64,000 nucleotides of DNA. Source: Balanoglossus misakiensis (taxonomy: Eukaryota; Animalia; Hemichordata). Positions 27,701 through 40,578 of this stretch are shown in pieces. The stretch spans positions 1 through 64,000 of the forward strand of contig CM082584.2 of NCBI GenBank assembly GCA_040954595.2, given 5' to 3'. The first letter of the stretch is position 1. Each line of letters starts with the position of its first letter. A program made the position numbers and the translations under genes. The notes under the pieces were generated by a model. That model worked only from the letters and a program-made list of their open reading frames with translations, was not told the DNA's origin and searched no databases.

Positions 27701-30700
27701 CCCTTGATCCTTGTGCTCATACCCTTGACCCTTGACCCCCTTGACCCTTGATCTCCAACTCTTGAACTCATACCCCTGACCTTTGTTGCTTGAACTCTAA
27801 CCCTTGGCTCGTGAACTCTAACCCTTGACCTTTGACCATTGAAATCTAACCCTTGAACCCAAAACCCTAACCCTTGACCATTAAACTCTAACCCTTGAAC
27901 GCCAACTGTTGACCCATCAACTACAATCATTGACCTTTGACCCTTGACCCTCGATCTCCAACTCTTAAACTCTAACCCTTGACCTCTAATCCTTGATCCT
28001 ATACCGCTTGAACCTTGGACTCTAACCATTAAACCTCTAACCCATGAACTCCAACCCTCGACCCTTGAACTCTAACCCTTGACCTTTGAACTCTAACATT
28101 TGACCCTTGAACTCTTACCCTTGATTATTGATCTCTAACCCTTGAACCCTAGACCATTAAACTCTAACCCTTGAACGCCAACTGTTGACCCATCAACTGT
28201 AATCCTTGACCTTTGACCCTTGACCCCTTGATCTCCAACTCTTGAACTCTAACCCTTGACCTTTGACCCTTGAACTCAAATCCTTGGCTGGTGAACTCTA
28301 ACCCTTGACCGTTGAACTCAAATCCTTGACCCTTGACCTCTTGACCATTGAACTCTAACCCTTGATCCTTGTGCTCATAGCCTTGACCCTTGACCCCCTT
28401 GACCCTCGATCTAAAACTCTTGATCTCTAACCCTTGACCCTTGACCCCTTGACCATTGAACTCTAACCCTTGATCCTTGACCCCTTGAACCTTGGACTCT
28501 AACCATTGAACCTTTGACCCATGAACTCTAACCCTTGACCCTTGAGCTCTTACCCTTGACCCCTTGACCCTCGATCTCCAACTCTTGAACTCTAACTCTT
28601 GACCCCTTGAACCTTGGATTCTGGCCATTGAACCTTTGACCCATGAACTCCAACCCTTGACCCTTGAGCTCTTACCCTTGAACCTTTTACACTCAATCTC
28701 CAACTCTTTAACACTAACCTTGACCTTTGACCCTTGAACTCTTACCCTTGACTATTGATCTCTAACCCTTGATCTTTGACCCTTTAACTCTAACCCTTGA
28801 ACTCTCTCTTCTCCTCCCCCTCACTCTCCATCCCATTCTCTCTCTCTATCACTCTCTAATAATAAATGTTAAACCCTAAACTTGTCAACTGAGCCTTAAT
28901 GCTTGACCCTTAAACCCTTGAACCTAGAACCCTTGACCATTAAACTCGAACCCTTGAACGCCAACTGTTGACCCATCAACTATAATCCTTGATCTTTGAC
29001 CCTTGACCTTTGACCCTTGAACTCTAATCCTTCACTCTTGAACTCTAACATTTGACCCTTGAGTCATGATCTCTCACCCTTGACCTTTGACCCTTGAACC
29101 CAAAACTCTTGACCCTTGAACCTTACCACTGACCCTGCTTCACCCTTAAACCCTTGACCATTAAACTCTAACCCTTGAACGCCAACTGTTGACCCATCAA
29201 CTATAATCCTTGACCTTTGACCCTTGACCCCTTGACCCTTGATCTCCAACACTTAAATTCAAACCCTTGACGTTTGACCCCTTGACCACTTGAACCTTGG
29301 ACTCTAACCATTGAACCTTTGACCCATGAACTCCAACCCTTGACCCATGAGCTCTTACCCTTGACCCTAAACTCTTACCCTTGACCCTTGAACTCTTACC
29401 CTTGACATTTGATCTCTAACCCTTGACCTTTGACCCTTGAAAAAAAACTCTTGACCCTTAAACCCTAAACTTGACAACTGACCCTTAATGCTTGACCCTT
29501 TAACCGTTGACCCTTAAACTCTAACCCTTGAACGTCAACTGTTGACCCATCAACTATAATTCTTGACCTTTGACCCTTGATCTCCAACTCGTGAACTCTG
29601 ACCCTTGAACTCAAATCCTTGGCTCGTGAACTCTAACCCTTGACCTTTGACCCTTGAACTCAAATTCTTGACCCAGGACCCCTTGACCATTGAACTCTAA
29701 CCCTTGACCTTTGACCCTTGAACTCTAATCCTTGACCCCTTGAACCTTGGACTCAAACCATTGAACCTCTGACCCATGAACTCCAACCCTTGACCCTTGA
29801 GCTCTTACCCTTGACCCCTTGACCCTCGATCTCCAACTCTTCAACTCTAACCCTTGACCCTTGAACTCTAACATTTGACCCTTGAACTCTTACCCTTGAC
29901 TCTTGATCTCTAACACTTGATCTTTGACCCTTGAACTCTAACCCTTGAACACTAACATTTGACCCTTGAACTCTTACCCTTGACATTTGATCTCTAACCC
30001 TCGACCTTTGACCCTTGAAATCTAACCCTTGACCCTTGAAACTAAACTCTTGACCCTTAAACCCTAAACTTGACAACTGACCCTTAATGCTTGACCTTTA
30101 AACCCTTGACCCTAGAACCCTTGACCATTAAACTCTAACCCATGAACGCCAACTGTTGACCCATCAACTATAATCCTTGACCTTTGCCCCTTGACCCCTT
30201 GAACTCTAACCCTTGACCTTTGACCCTTGAACTCAAATCCTTGACCCTTGACCCCTCGACCATTGAACTCTAACCCTTGATCCTTGTGCTCATACCCTTG
30301 ACCCTTGACCCTCGATCTCCAACTCTTGAACTCGTACCCTTGACCTTTGACCCTTGAACCCAAATCATTGGCTCGTGAACTCTAACCCTTGACTGTTGAA
30401 CTCAAATCCTTGACCCCTTGACCATTGAACTCTAACCCTTGATCCTTGTGCTCATACCCTTGACCCTTGACCCTCTATCTCCAACTCTTGAACTCTAACC
30501 CTTGACCATTGTACTCTAACCCTTGATCCTTGACCCCTTGAACCTTGGACTCTAACCATTGAACCTCTGACCCATGAACTCCAACCCTTGACCCTTGAAA
30601 CTAAACTCTTGACCCTTAAACCCTAAACTTGACAACTGACCCTTAATGCTTGACACTTTAACCGTTGACCCTTAAACTCTAACCCTTGAACGTCAACTGT

Positions 30701-33700
30701 TGACCCATCAACTATAATTCTTGACCTTTGACCCTTGATCTCCAACTCGTGAACTCTGACCCTTGAACTCAAATCCTTGGCTCGTGAACTCTAACCCTTG
30801 ACCTTTGACCCTTGAACTCAAATTCTTGACCCAGGACCCCTTGACCATTGAACTCTAACCCTTGACCTTTGACCCTTGAACTCTAATCCTTGACCCCTTG
30901 AACCTTGGACTCAAACCATTGAACCTCTGACCCATGAACTCCAACCCTTGACCCTTGAGCTCTTACCCTTGACCCCTTGACCCTCGATCTCCAACTCTTC
31001 AACTCTAACCCTTGACCCTTGAACTCTAACATTTGACCCTTGAACTCTTACCCTTGACTCTTGATCTCTAACCCTTGATCTTTGACCCTTGAACTCTAAC
31101 CCTTGAACACTAACATTTGACCCTTGAACTCTTACCCTTGACATTTGATCTCTAACCCTCGACCTTTGACCCTTGAAATCTAACCCTTGACCCTTGAAAC
31201 TAAACTCTTGACCCTTAAACCCTAAACTTGACAACTGACCCTTAATGCTTGACCTTTAAACCCTTGACCCTAGAACCCTTGACCATTAAACTCTAACCCA
31301 TGAACGCCAACTGTTGACCCATCAACTATAATCCTTGACCTTTGCCCCTTGACCCCTTGAACTCTAACCCTTGACCTTTGACCCTTGAACTCAAATCCTT
31401 GACCCTTGACCCCTCGACCATTGAACTCTAACCCTTGATCCTTGTGCTCATACCCTTGACCCTTGACCCTCGATCTCCAACTCTTGAACTCGTACCCTTG
31501 ACCTTTGACCCTTGAACCCAAATCATTGGCTCGTGAACTCTAACCCTTGACTGTTGAACTCAAATCCTTGACCCCTTGACCATTGAACTCTAACCCTTGA
31601 TCCTTGTGCTCATACCCTTGACCCTTGACCCTCGATCTCCAACTCTTGAACTCTAACCCTTGACCATTGTACTCTAACCCTTGATCCTTGACCCCTTGAA
31701 CCTTGGACTCTAACCATTGAACCTCTGACCCATGAACTCCAACCCTTGACCCTTGAAACTAAACTCTTGACCCTTAAACCCTAAACTTGACAACTGACCC
31801 TTAATGCTTGACCTTTAAACCCCTGACCCTAGAACCCTTGACCATTAAACTCTAACCCTTGAACGCCAACTGTTGACCCATCAACTATAATCCTTGACCT
31901 TGACCCCTTGAACTCTAACCCTTGATCCTTGTGCTCATACCCTTGACCCTTGACCCTCGATCTCCAACTCTTGAATTCATACCCTTGACCTTTGACCCTT
32001 GAACTCAAATCATTGGCTCGTGAACTCTAACCCTTGACCGTTGAACTCAAATCCTTGACCCTTGACCCCTTGACCATTGAACTCTTACCCTTGATCCTTG
32101 TGCTCATACCCTTGACCCCCTTGACCCTCGATCTCCAACTCTTGAACTCTAACCCTTGACCTTTGACCATTGAACTCAAATCCTTGGCTGGTGAACTCTA
32201 ACCCTTGACCCTTGAACTCTAATCCTTGACCCCTTGAACCATGGACTCAAACCATTGAACCTCTGACCCATGAACTCCAACCCTTGACCCTTGAGCTCTT
32301 ACCCTTGACCCCTTGACCCTCGATCTCCAACTGTTGAACTCTAACCCTTGACCTTTGACCATTGAACTCTAACCCTTGACCCTTGAACTCTAACATTTGA
32401 CCCTTGAACTCTTACCCTTGACTCTTGATCTCTAACCCTTGAACTCTAACCCTTGAACTCTCACATTTGACCCTTGAACTCTTACCCTTGACATTTGATC
32501 TATAACCCTCGACCTTTGAGCCTTGAAATCTAACCCTTGACCCTTGAAACTAAACTCTTGACCCTTAAACCCTAAACTTGATAACTGACCCTTAATGCTT
32601 GACCTTTAAACCCTTGACCCTAGAACCCTTGACCATTAAACTCTAACCCTTGAACGCCAACTGTTGACCCATCAACTATAATCCTTGACCTTTGCGCCTT
32701 GACCCCTTGAACTCTAACCCTTGACCTTTGACCCTTGAACCCAAATCATTGGCTCGTGAACTCTAACCCTTGACCGTTGAACTCAAATCCTTGACCCTTG
32801 ACCCCTTGAACTTTAACCCTTGATCCGTGTGCTCATACCCTTGACCCTTGACCCTCGATCTCCAACTCTTGAACTCTAACCCTTGACCTTTGACCATTGA
32901 ACTCTAACCCTTGATCCTTGACCCCTTGAAACTTGGACTCTAACCATTGAACCTCTGACCCATGAACTCCAACCCTTGACCCTTGAAACTAAACTCTTGA
33001 CCCTTAAACCCTAAACTTGACAACTGGCCCTTAAAGCTTGACCTTTAAACCCTTGACCCTAGAACCCTAGACCATTAAACTCTAACCCTTGAAAGCCAAC
33101 TGTTGACCCATCAACTATAATCCTTGACCTTGACCCCTTGAACTCTAACCCTTGACCTTTGACCCTTGAACTCAAACCTTGGCTCGTGAACTCTAACCCT
33201 TGACCGTTGAACTCAAATCCTTGACCCTTGACCCCTCGACCATTGAACTATAACCCTTGATCCTTGTGCTCATAACCTTGACCCCCTTGACCCTCGATCT
33301 CCAACTCTTGAACTCATACCCTTGACCTTTGACCCTTGAACTCAAATCATTGGCTCGTGAACTCTAACCCTTGACCGTTGAACTCAAATCCTTGACCCTT
33401 GACCCTTTGATCATTGAACTCTAACCCTTGATCCTTGTGCTCATACCCTTGACCCTTGACCCCCTTGACCCTTGATCTCCAACTCTTGAACTCATACCCC
33501 TGACCTTTGTTGCTTGAACTCTAACCCTTGGCTCGTGAACTCTAACCCTTGACCTTTGACCATTGAAATCTAACCCTTGAACCCAAAACCCTAACCCTTG
33601 ACCATTAAACTCTAACCCTTGAACGCCAACTGTTGACCCATCAACTACAATCATTGACCTTTGACCCTTGACCCTCGATCTCCAACTCTTAAACTCTAAC

Positions 33701-36700
33701 CCTTGACCTCTAATCCTTGATCCTATACCGCTTGAACCTTGGACTCTAACCATTAAACCTCTAACCCATGAACTCCAACCCTCGACCCTTGAACTCTAAC
33801 CCTTGACCTTTGAACTCTAACATTTGACCCTTGAACTCTTACCCTTGATTATTGATCTCTAACCCTTGAACCCTAGACCATTAAACTCTAACCCTTGAAC
33901 GCCAACTGTTGACCCATCAACTGTAATCCTTGACCTTTGACCCTTGACCCCTTGATCTCCAACTCTTGAACTCTAACCCTTGACCTTTGACCCTTGAACT
34001 CAAATCCTTGGCTGGTGAACTCTAACCCTTGACCGTTGAACTCAAATCCTTGACCCTTGACCTCTTGACCATTGAACTCTAACCCTTGATCCTTGTGCTC
34101 ATAGCCTTGACCCTTGACCCCCTTGACCCTCGATCTAAAACTCTTGATCTCTAACCCTTGACCCTTGACCCCTTGACCATTGAACTCTAACCCTTGATCC
34201 TTGACCCCTTGAACCTTGGACTCTAACCATTGAACCTTTGACCCATGAACTCTAACCCTTGACCCTTGAGCTCTTACCCTTGACCCCTTGACCCTCGATC
34301 TCCAACTCTTGAACTCTAACTCTTGACCCCTTGAACCTTGGATTCTGGCCATTGAACCTTTGACCCATGAACTCCAACCCTTGACCCTTGAGCTCTTACC
34401 CTTGAACCTTTTACACTCAATCTCCAACTCTTTAACACTAACCTTGACCTTTGACCCTTGAACTCTTACCCTTGACTATTGATCTCTAACCCTTGATCTT
34501 TGACCCTTTAACTCTAACCCTTGAACTCTCTCTTCTCCTCCCCCTCACTCTCCATCCCATTCTCTCTCTCTATCACTCTCTAATAATAAATGTTAAACCC
34601 TAAACTTGTCAACTGAGCCTTAATGCTTGACCCTTAAACCCTTGAACCTAGAACCCTTGACCATTAAACTCGAACCCTTGAACGCCAACTGTTGACCCAT
34701 CAACTATAATCCTTGATCTTTGACCCTTGACCTTTGACCCTTGAACTCTAATCCTTCACTCTTGAACTCTAACATTTGACCCTTGAGTCATGATCTCTCA
34801 CCCTTGACCTTTGACCCTTGAACCCAAAACTCTTGACCCTTGAACCTTACCACTGACCCTGCTTCACCCTTAAACCCTTGACCATTAAACTCTAACCCTT
34901 GAACGCCAACTGTTGACCCATCAACTATAATCCTTGACCTTTGACCCTTGACCCCTTGACCCTTGATCTCCAACACTTAAATTCAAACCCTTGACGTTTG
35001 ACCCCTTGACCACTTGAACCTTGGACTCTAACCATTGAACCTTTGACCCATGAACTCCAACCCTTGACCCATGAGCTCTTACCCTTGACCCTAAACTCTT
35101 ACCCTTGACCCTTGAACTCTTACCCTTGACATTTGATCTCTAACCCTTGACCTTTGACCCTTGAAAAAAAACTCTTGACCCTTAAACCCTAAACTTGACA
35201 ACTGACCCTTAATGCTTGACCCTTTAACCGTTGACCCTTAAACTCTAACCCTTGAACGTCAACTGTTGACCCATCAACTATAATTCTTGACCTTTGACCC
35301 TTGATCTCCAACTCGTGAACTCTGACCCTTGAACTCAAATCCTTGGCTCGTGAACTCTAACCCTTGACCTTTGACCCTTGAACTCAAATTCTTGACCCAG
35401 GACCCCTTGACCATTGAACTCTAACCCTTGACCTTTGACCCTTGAACTCTAATCCTTGACCCCTTGAACCTTGGACTCAAACCATTGAACCTCTGACCCA
35501 TGAACTCCAACCCTTGACCCTTGAGCTCTTACCCTTGACCCCTTGACCCTCGATCTCCAACTCTTCAACTCTAACCCTTGACCCTTGAACTCTAACATTT
35601 GACCCTTGAACTCTTACCCTTGACTCTTGATCTCTAACACTTGATCTTTGACCCTTGAACTCTAACCCTTGAACACTAACATTTGACCCTTGAACTCTTA
35701 CCCTTGACATTTGATCTCTAACCCTCGACCTTTGACCCTTGAAATCTAACCCTTGACCCTTGAAACTAAACTCTTGACCCTTAAACCCTAAACTTGACAA
35801 CTGACCCTTAATGCTTGACCTTTAAACCCTTGACCCTAGAACCCTTGACCATTAAACTCTAACCCATGAACGCCAACTGTTGACCCATCAACTATAATCC
35901 TTGACCTTTGCCCCTTGACCCCTTGAACTCTAACCCTTGACCTTTGACCCTTGAACTCAAATCCTTGACCCTTGACCCCTCGACCATTGAACTCTAACCC
36001 TTGATCCTTGTGCTCATACCCTTGACCCTTGACCCTCGATCTCCAACTCTTGAACTCGTACCCTTGACCTTTGACCCTTGAACCCAAATCATTGGCTCGT
36101 GAACTCTAACCCTTGACTGTTGAACTCAAATCCTTGACCCCTTGACCATTGAACTCTAACCCTTGATCCTTGTGCTCATACCCTTGACCCTTGACCCTCT
36201 ATCTCCAACTCTTGAACTCTAACCCTTGACCATTGTACTCTAACCCTTGATCCTTGACCCCTTGAACCTTGGACTCTAACCATTGAACCTCTGACCCATG
36301 AACTCCAACCCTTGACCCTTGAAACTAAACTCTTGACCCTTAAACCCTAAACTTGACAACTGACCCTTAATGCTTGACACTTTAACCGTTGACCCTTAAA
36401 CTCTAACCCTTGAACGTCAACTGTTGACCCATCAACTATAATTCTTGACCTTTGACCCTTGATCTCCAACTCGTGAACTCTGACCCTTGAACTCAAATCC
36501 TTGGCTCGTGAACTCTAACCCTTGACCTTTGACCCTTGAACTCAAATTCTTGACCCAGGACCCCTTGACCATTGAACTCTAACCCTTGACCTTTGACCCT
36601 TGAACTCTAATCCTTGACCCCTTGAACCTTGGACTCAAACCATTGAACCTCTGACCCATGAACTCCAACCCTTGACCCTTGAGCTCTTACCCTTGACCCC

Positions 36701-38528
36701 TTGACCCTCGATCTCCAACTCTTCAACTCTAACCCTTGACCCTTGAACTCTAACATTTGACCCTTGAACTCTTACCCTTGACTCTTGATCTCTAACCCTT
36801 GATCTTTGACCCTTGAACTCTAACCCTTGAACACTAACATTTGACCCTTGAACTCTTACCCTTGACATTTGATCTCTAACCCTCGACCTTTGACCCTTGA
36901 AATCTAACCCTTGACCCTTGAAACTAAACTCTTGACCCTTAAACCCTAAACTTGACAACTGACCCTTAATGCTTGACCTTTAAACCCTTGACCCTAGAAC
37001 CCTTGACCATTAAACTCTAACCCATGAACGCCAACTGTTGACCCATCAACTATAATCCTTGACCTTTGCCCCTTGACCCCTTGAACTCTAACCCTTGACC
37101 TTTGACCCTTGAACTCAAATCCTTGACCCTTGACCCCTCGACCATTGAACTCTAACCCTTGATCCTTGTGCTCATACCCTTGACCCTTGACCCTCGATCT
37201 CCAACTCTTGAACTCGTACCCTTGACCTTTGACCCTTGAACCCAAATCATTGGCTCGTGAACTCTAACCCTTGACTGTTGAACTCAAATCCTTGACCCCT
37301 TGACCATTGAACTCTAACCCTTGATCCTTGTGCTCATACCCTTGACCCTTGACCCTCGATCTCCAACTCTTGAACTCTAACCCTTGACCATTGTACTCTA
37401 ACCCTTGATCCTTGACCCCTTGAACCTTGGACTCTAACCATTGAACCTCTGACCCATGAACTCCAACCCTTGACCCTTGAAACTAAACTCTTGACCCTTA
37501 AACCCTAAACTTGACAACTGACCCTTAATGCTTGACCTTTAAACCCCTGACCCTAGAACCCTTGACCATTAAACTCTAACCCTTGAACGCCAACTGTTGA
37601 CCCATCAACTATAATCCTTGACCTTGACCCCTTGAACTCTAACCCTTGATCCTTGTGCTCATACCCTTGACCCTTGACCCTCGATCTCCAACTCTTGAAT
37701 TCATACCCTTGACCTTTGACCCTTGAACTCAAATCATTGGCTCGTGAACTCTAACCCTTGACCGTTGAACTCAAATCCTTGACCCTTGACCCCTTGACCA
37801 TTGAACTCTTACCCTTGATCCTTGTGCTCATACCCTTGACCCCCTTGACCCTCGATCTCCAACTCTTGAACTCTAACCCTTGACCTTTGACCATTGAACT
37901 CAAATCCTTGGCTGGTGAACTCTAACCCTTGACCGTTGAACTCAAATCCTTGACCCTTGACCCCTTGACCATTGAACTCTTACCCTTGATCCTTGTGCTC
38001 ATACCCTTGACCCCCTTGACCCTCGATCTCCAACTCTTGAACTCTAACCCTTGACCTTTGACCATTGAACTCTAACCCTTGATCTTTGACCCCTTGAACC
38101 TTGGACTCTAACCATTGAATGTAAGACCCATGAACTCTAACCCTTGACCCTTGAGCTCCTACCCTTGACCCTCGATCTCCAACTCTTGAACTCTAACCCT
38201 TGACCCCTTGAACCTTGGACTCTATCCATTGAACCTTTGACCCATGAACTCCAACCCTTGACCCTTTGACCCTCGATCTCCAACTCTTCAACTTAACCCT
38301 TGAACTTTGACCCTTGAACGCTAACCCTTGACCGTTGAACTCTTACCCTTGACTCTTGATCTCCAACCCTTGACCTTAGACCCTTGAACTCTAACCCTTG
38401 ACCCTTGATCTCCAACCCTTGACCTTAGACCCTTGAACTCTAACCCTTGACCCTTGAACTCTCTCTTCTCCTCCCCCTCTCTCCATCCCATTCTCTCTCT
38501 GCATCACTCTCTAATAATAAATGTTAAA
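21746..38528 (-). repeat. Satellite A, proximal arm: C-rich 7-bp-period satellite (TTGACCC/TTGAACT/CTAACCC) with nested higher-order repeats
   Basis: A 28-bp core ccttgaactctaacccttgacctttgac (4x7). Periods of 1158 bp (ORFs 29753/30911) and 5724 bp (ORFs 27697/33421, 28164/33888). Confidence 0.96.
26481..37934. repeat. Near-perfect 5724-bp tandem duplication within satellite A
   Basis: 26497 aligns with 32221 and 32161 with 37885; the translated ORFs are identical at a constant 5724 offset. Confidence 0.92.
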
Positions 38529-38568
38529 ATGTTACAGAAAACCATAGAAATTGGGGTTATAGGCTTAC

Positions 38569-38699
38569 GGTCAGTGCATGTGTCACCAGTAGAGCAGTTG
38601 AAACAATAACATGTAAACTGTGTACAGGAACCCGGTACTTGCGAGCAAATTCCACTGTTTAGGCAAGGAGAGGGTACACACTGGTTGTCTGGTTGATTC
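38569..38699 (-). pseudogene. 8-Cys EGF-like exon NQCVPSPCLNSGICSQVPGSCTQFTCYCFNCSTGDTCTD
   Basis: Manual translation. Polypyrimidine tract plus AG acceptor and GTAAG donor; a small aaccag duplication near the acceptor. Confidence 0.8.
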
Positions 38700-39212
38700 C
38701 TGTATAGACAAAAAGAAAGAATATTGAGCAGGAAAACATCACTATAGGCTCAAAGCACTGAAACACACAGACACACAAATTCACTGATAAAGGCCCATCA
38801 ACATAAATGGGATGTGAACATCCACACCATTGCCGGTTTCCTGTATGGGTTGTTGAGAAAGTTGAGAACTTCTGAACATTATTTTGAAAAAGCAGGAGTT
38901 AAAATCTACAGAAAATCACTAGAACAGTGCAGTCAAGGTATCGTCAAAATTACAGAATCTACAAACTACACTCAGCAGTCGTGTACATGTATACCTGACA
39001 ACAACCAAAGGGCTGTTTTGAAAAACCAAATGCTGTGAAATCCTTTAGAGTGCGACAAGAAACCACAGTTGCAACCGAAAACGAAAATAGTGATAACATT
39101 AAGCTAGCCCAAAGTTTGAGTTACCAGGGCTTTAATATGTGTACCATATTTATATTATATAATACATAACAAGTGTTTTGCATTGAATAAAATAATATTG
39201 GTTTATACTTAT

Positions 39213-39334
39213 GCATTGTACATGTGGCACCAGTGAAGCATTCGGCACACATACAGTCAAACTGGAAACAGCCGTCTCACGCAACGCATGTGCCACCACA
39301 TTTTGACAAGGCATAGAGTATAACTGATCAATGG
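39213..39334 (-). pseudogene. Decayed EGF-like exon IDQLYSMPCQN/GGTCVA*DGCFQFDCMCAECFTGATCT
   Basis: Manual translation shows a frameshift, an in-frame TGA and a donor mutated to ATAAGT. Confidence 0.75.
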
Positions 39335-39848
39335 CTGCCAAAACAAAAATGAAAGTATCAATGACCTGCTTGTCAAAAACTTGTACATGTACTTGTGATG
39401 TTCATTTTGTTTAAATTATATAAGTGAGCAATGTCTTCATTCCTTATTTCAAACCTGTACATTTAAAATAACATAATGATGCTAGGATTTTTCTGTAAGA
39501 ATCTTGAAAAATTAAAAAATATGCCATCAACATGATACAGAAGGCTTTCCTTTTTAACGTGCACCTCACACTCAATTTTGACCCTACATCAGCAAATTTT
39601 GAAAGGATGAAACTTTGTAATGCTTCCACCCCATTTATTGGTGTACGGGTCCATCTATCACATTGAGAATACCAAAAATGAGGGTTTATATACCACGCTG
39701 TGTCATAAAACAGTTGAATTCGACACACCTACGGCACAGATGGCCCCCGTCCAACACTACTGGCAGTAACAGGTGTAGTCAGTATAAGAATTTGGTGTTT
39801 GGGAACAATAGCCTCCATTTTGACACAGATTCTGATCACATGGGTTAA

Positions 39849-40440
39849 AGCCCCAGTATTTCTCGTGTTTATCCATTTTTCATCATCGAAAAATGCCCGT
39901 TTTTCCTGTACATTCATCATGGAATACTACATAATGAAGATAGAAGAAAGGTTTGGGCAACTATAGCTACGTGAAAGCTGTAAATATTGCCCGTAACACT
40001 TGAAATGATGCGCGGGTTTGTTTACAACGGAAATGTTGTACATGTCGATCAGCAAACGTGCCACTTTGACATTTGATGGTCAGACCATTTTCGGATTTGA
40101 TCTGGTTCCAACGACTGATTTCTCCCATAAAGTTATCTTCCCAAAATTTCGCCGAATTAGTGCGCATCTCTTCGCTGAGTCGCTTGATTTGGGGCGACCA
40201 AACCTCTTCCGCATAGATTCACATTTGAGTGCGCATGCGCACTAGTCACGTGTGTCAACAGAGCCTGACTTTCTGTCCGGACAGAAAGTCATTCTTCACC
40301 TGTTATATTGTAAATTGTATGAGTTTATGAGCAGAGCTGGGGATGATGACTGTTCGATTTAGTATCAATTATCATCTACTTTTATAAATTATAGATGCCG
40401 TTTCAAACAAAATTTTGCCCCTACGAGAAATACTGAGGCT
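39849..40440. mobile_element. Kolobok-like MITE
   Basis: TTAA on both flanks; TIR agccccagtatttctcgt / acgagaaatactgaggct (17/18 match); AG..CT termini. Confidence 0.8.
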
Positions 40441-40578
40441 TTAATGACTATCAGAAAAAAATGGTTTAAAAAACATGAAATGCAGATGGCTATACCTCAA
40501 CTAAAGATGATTCCTGCACCACAACAAAATCCTTTGACACAAGCATTATACTGGAACCATACCCAGAACACGCATTAA

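Noticed and set aside
5086-37245. Many KGQ/SRVR-rich and other short ORFs in the satellites
   Set aside because: These are by-products of heptamer, AT-rich and GT-rich repeats, with no domain or splice structure.
21746-38528. CRISPR-like or coded repeat-spacer interpretation of the recurring motif aacgccaactgttgacccatcaacta
   Set aside because: The intervening sequence is heptamer satellite rather than unique spacers; the context is eukaryotic and there are no cas genes.
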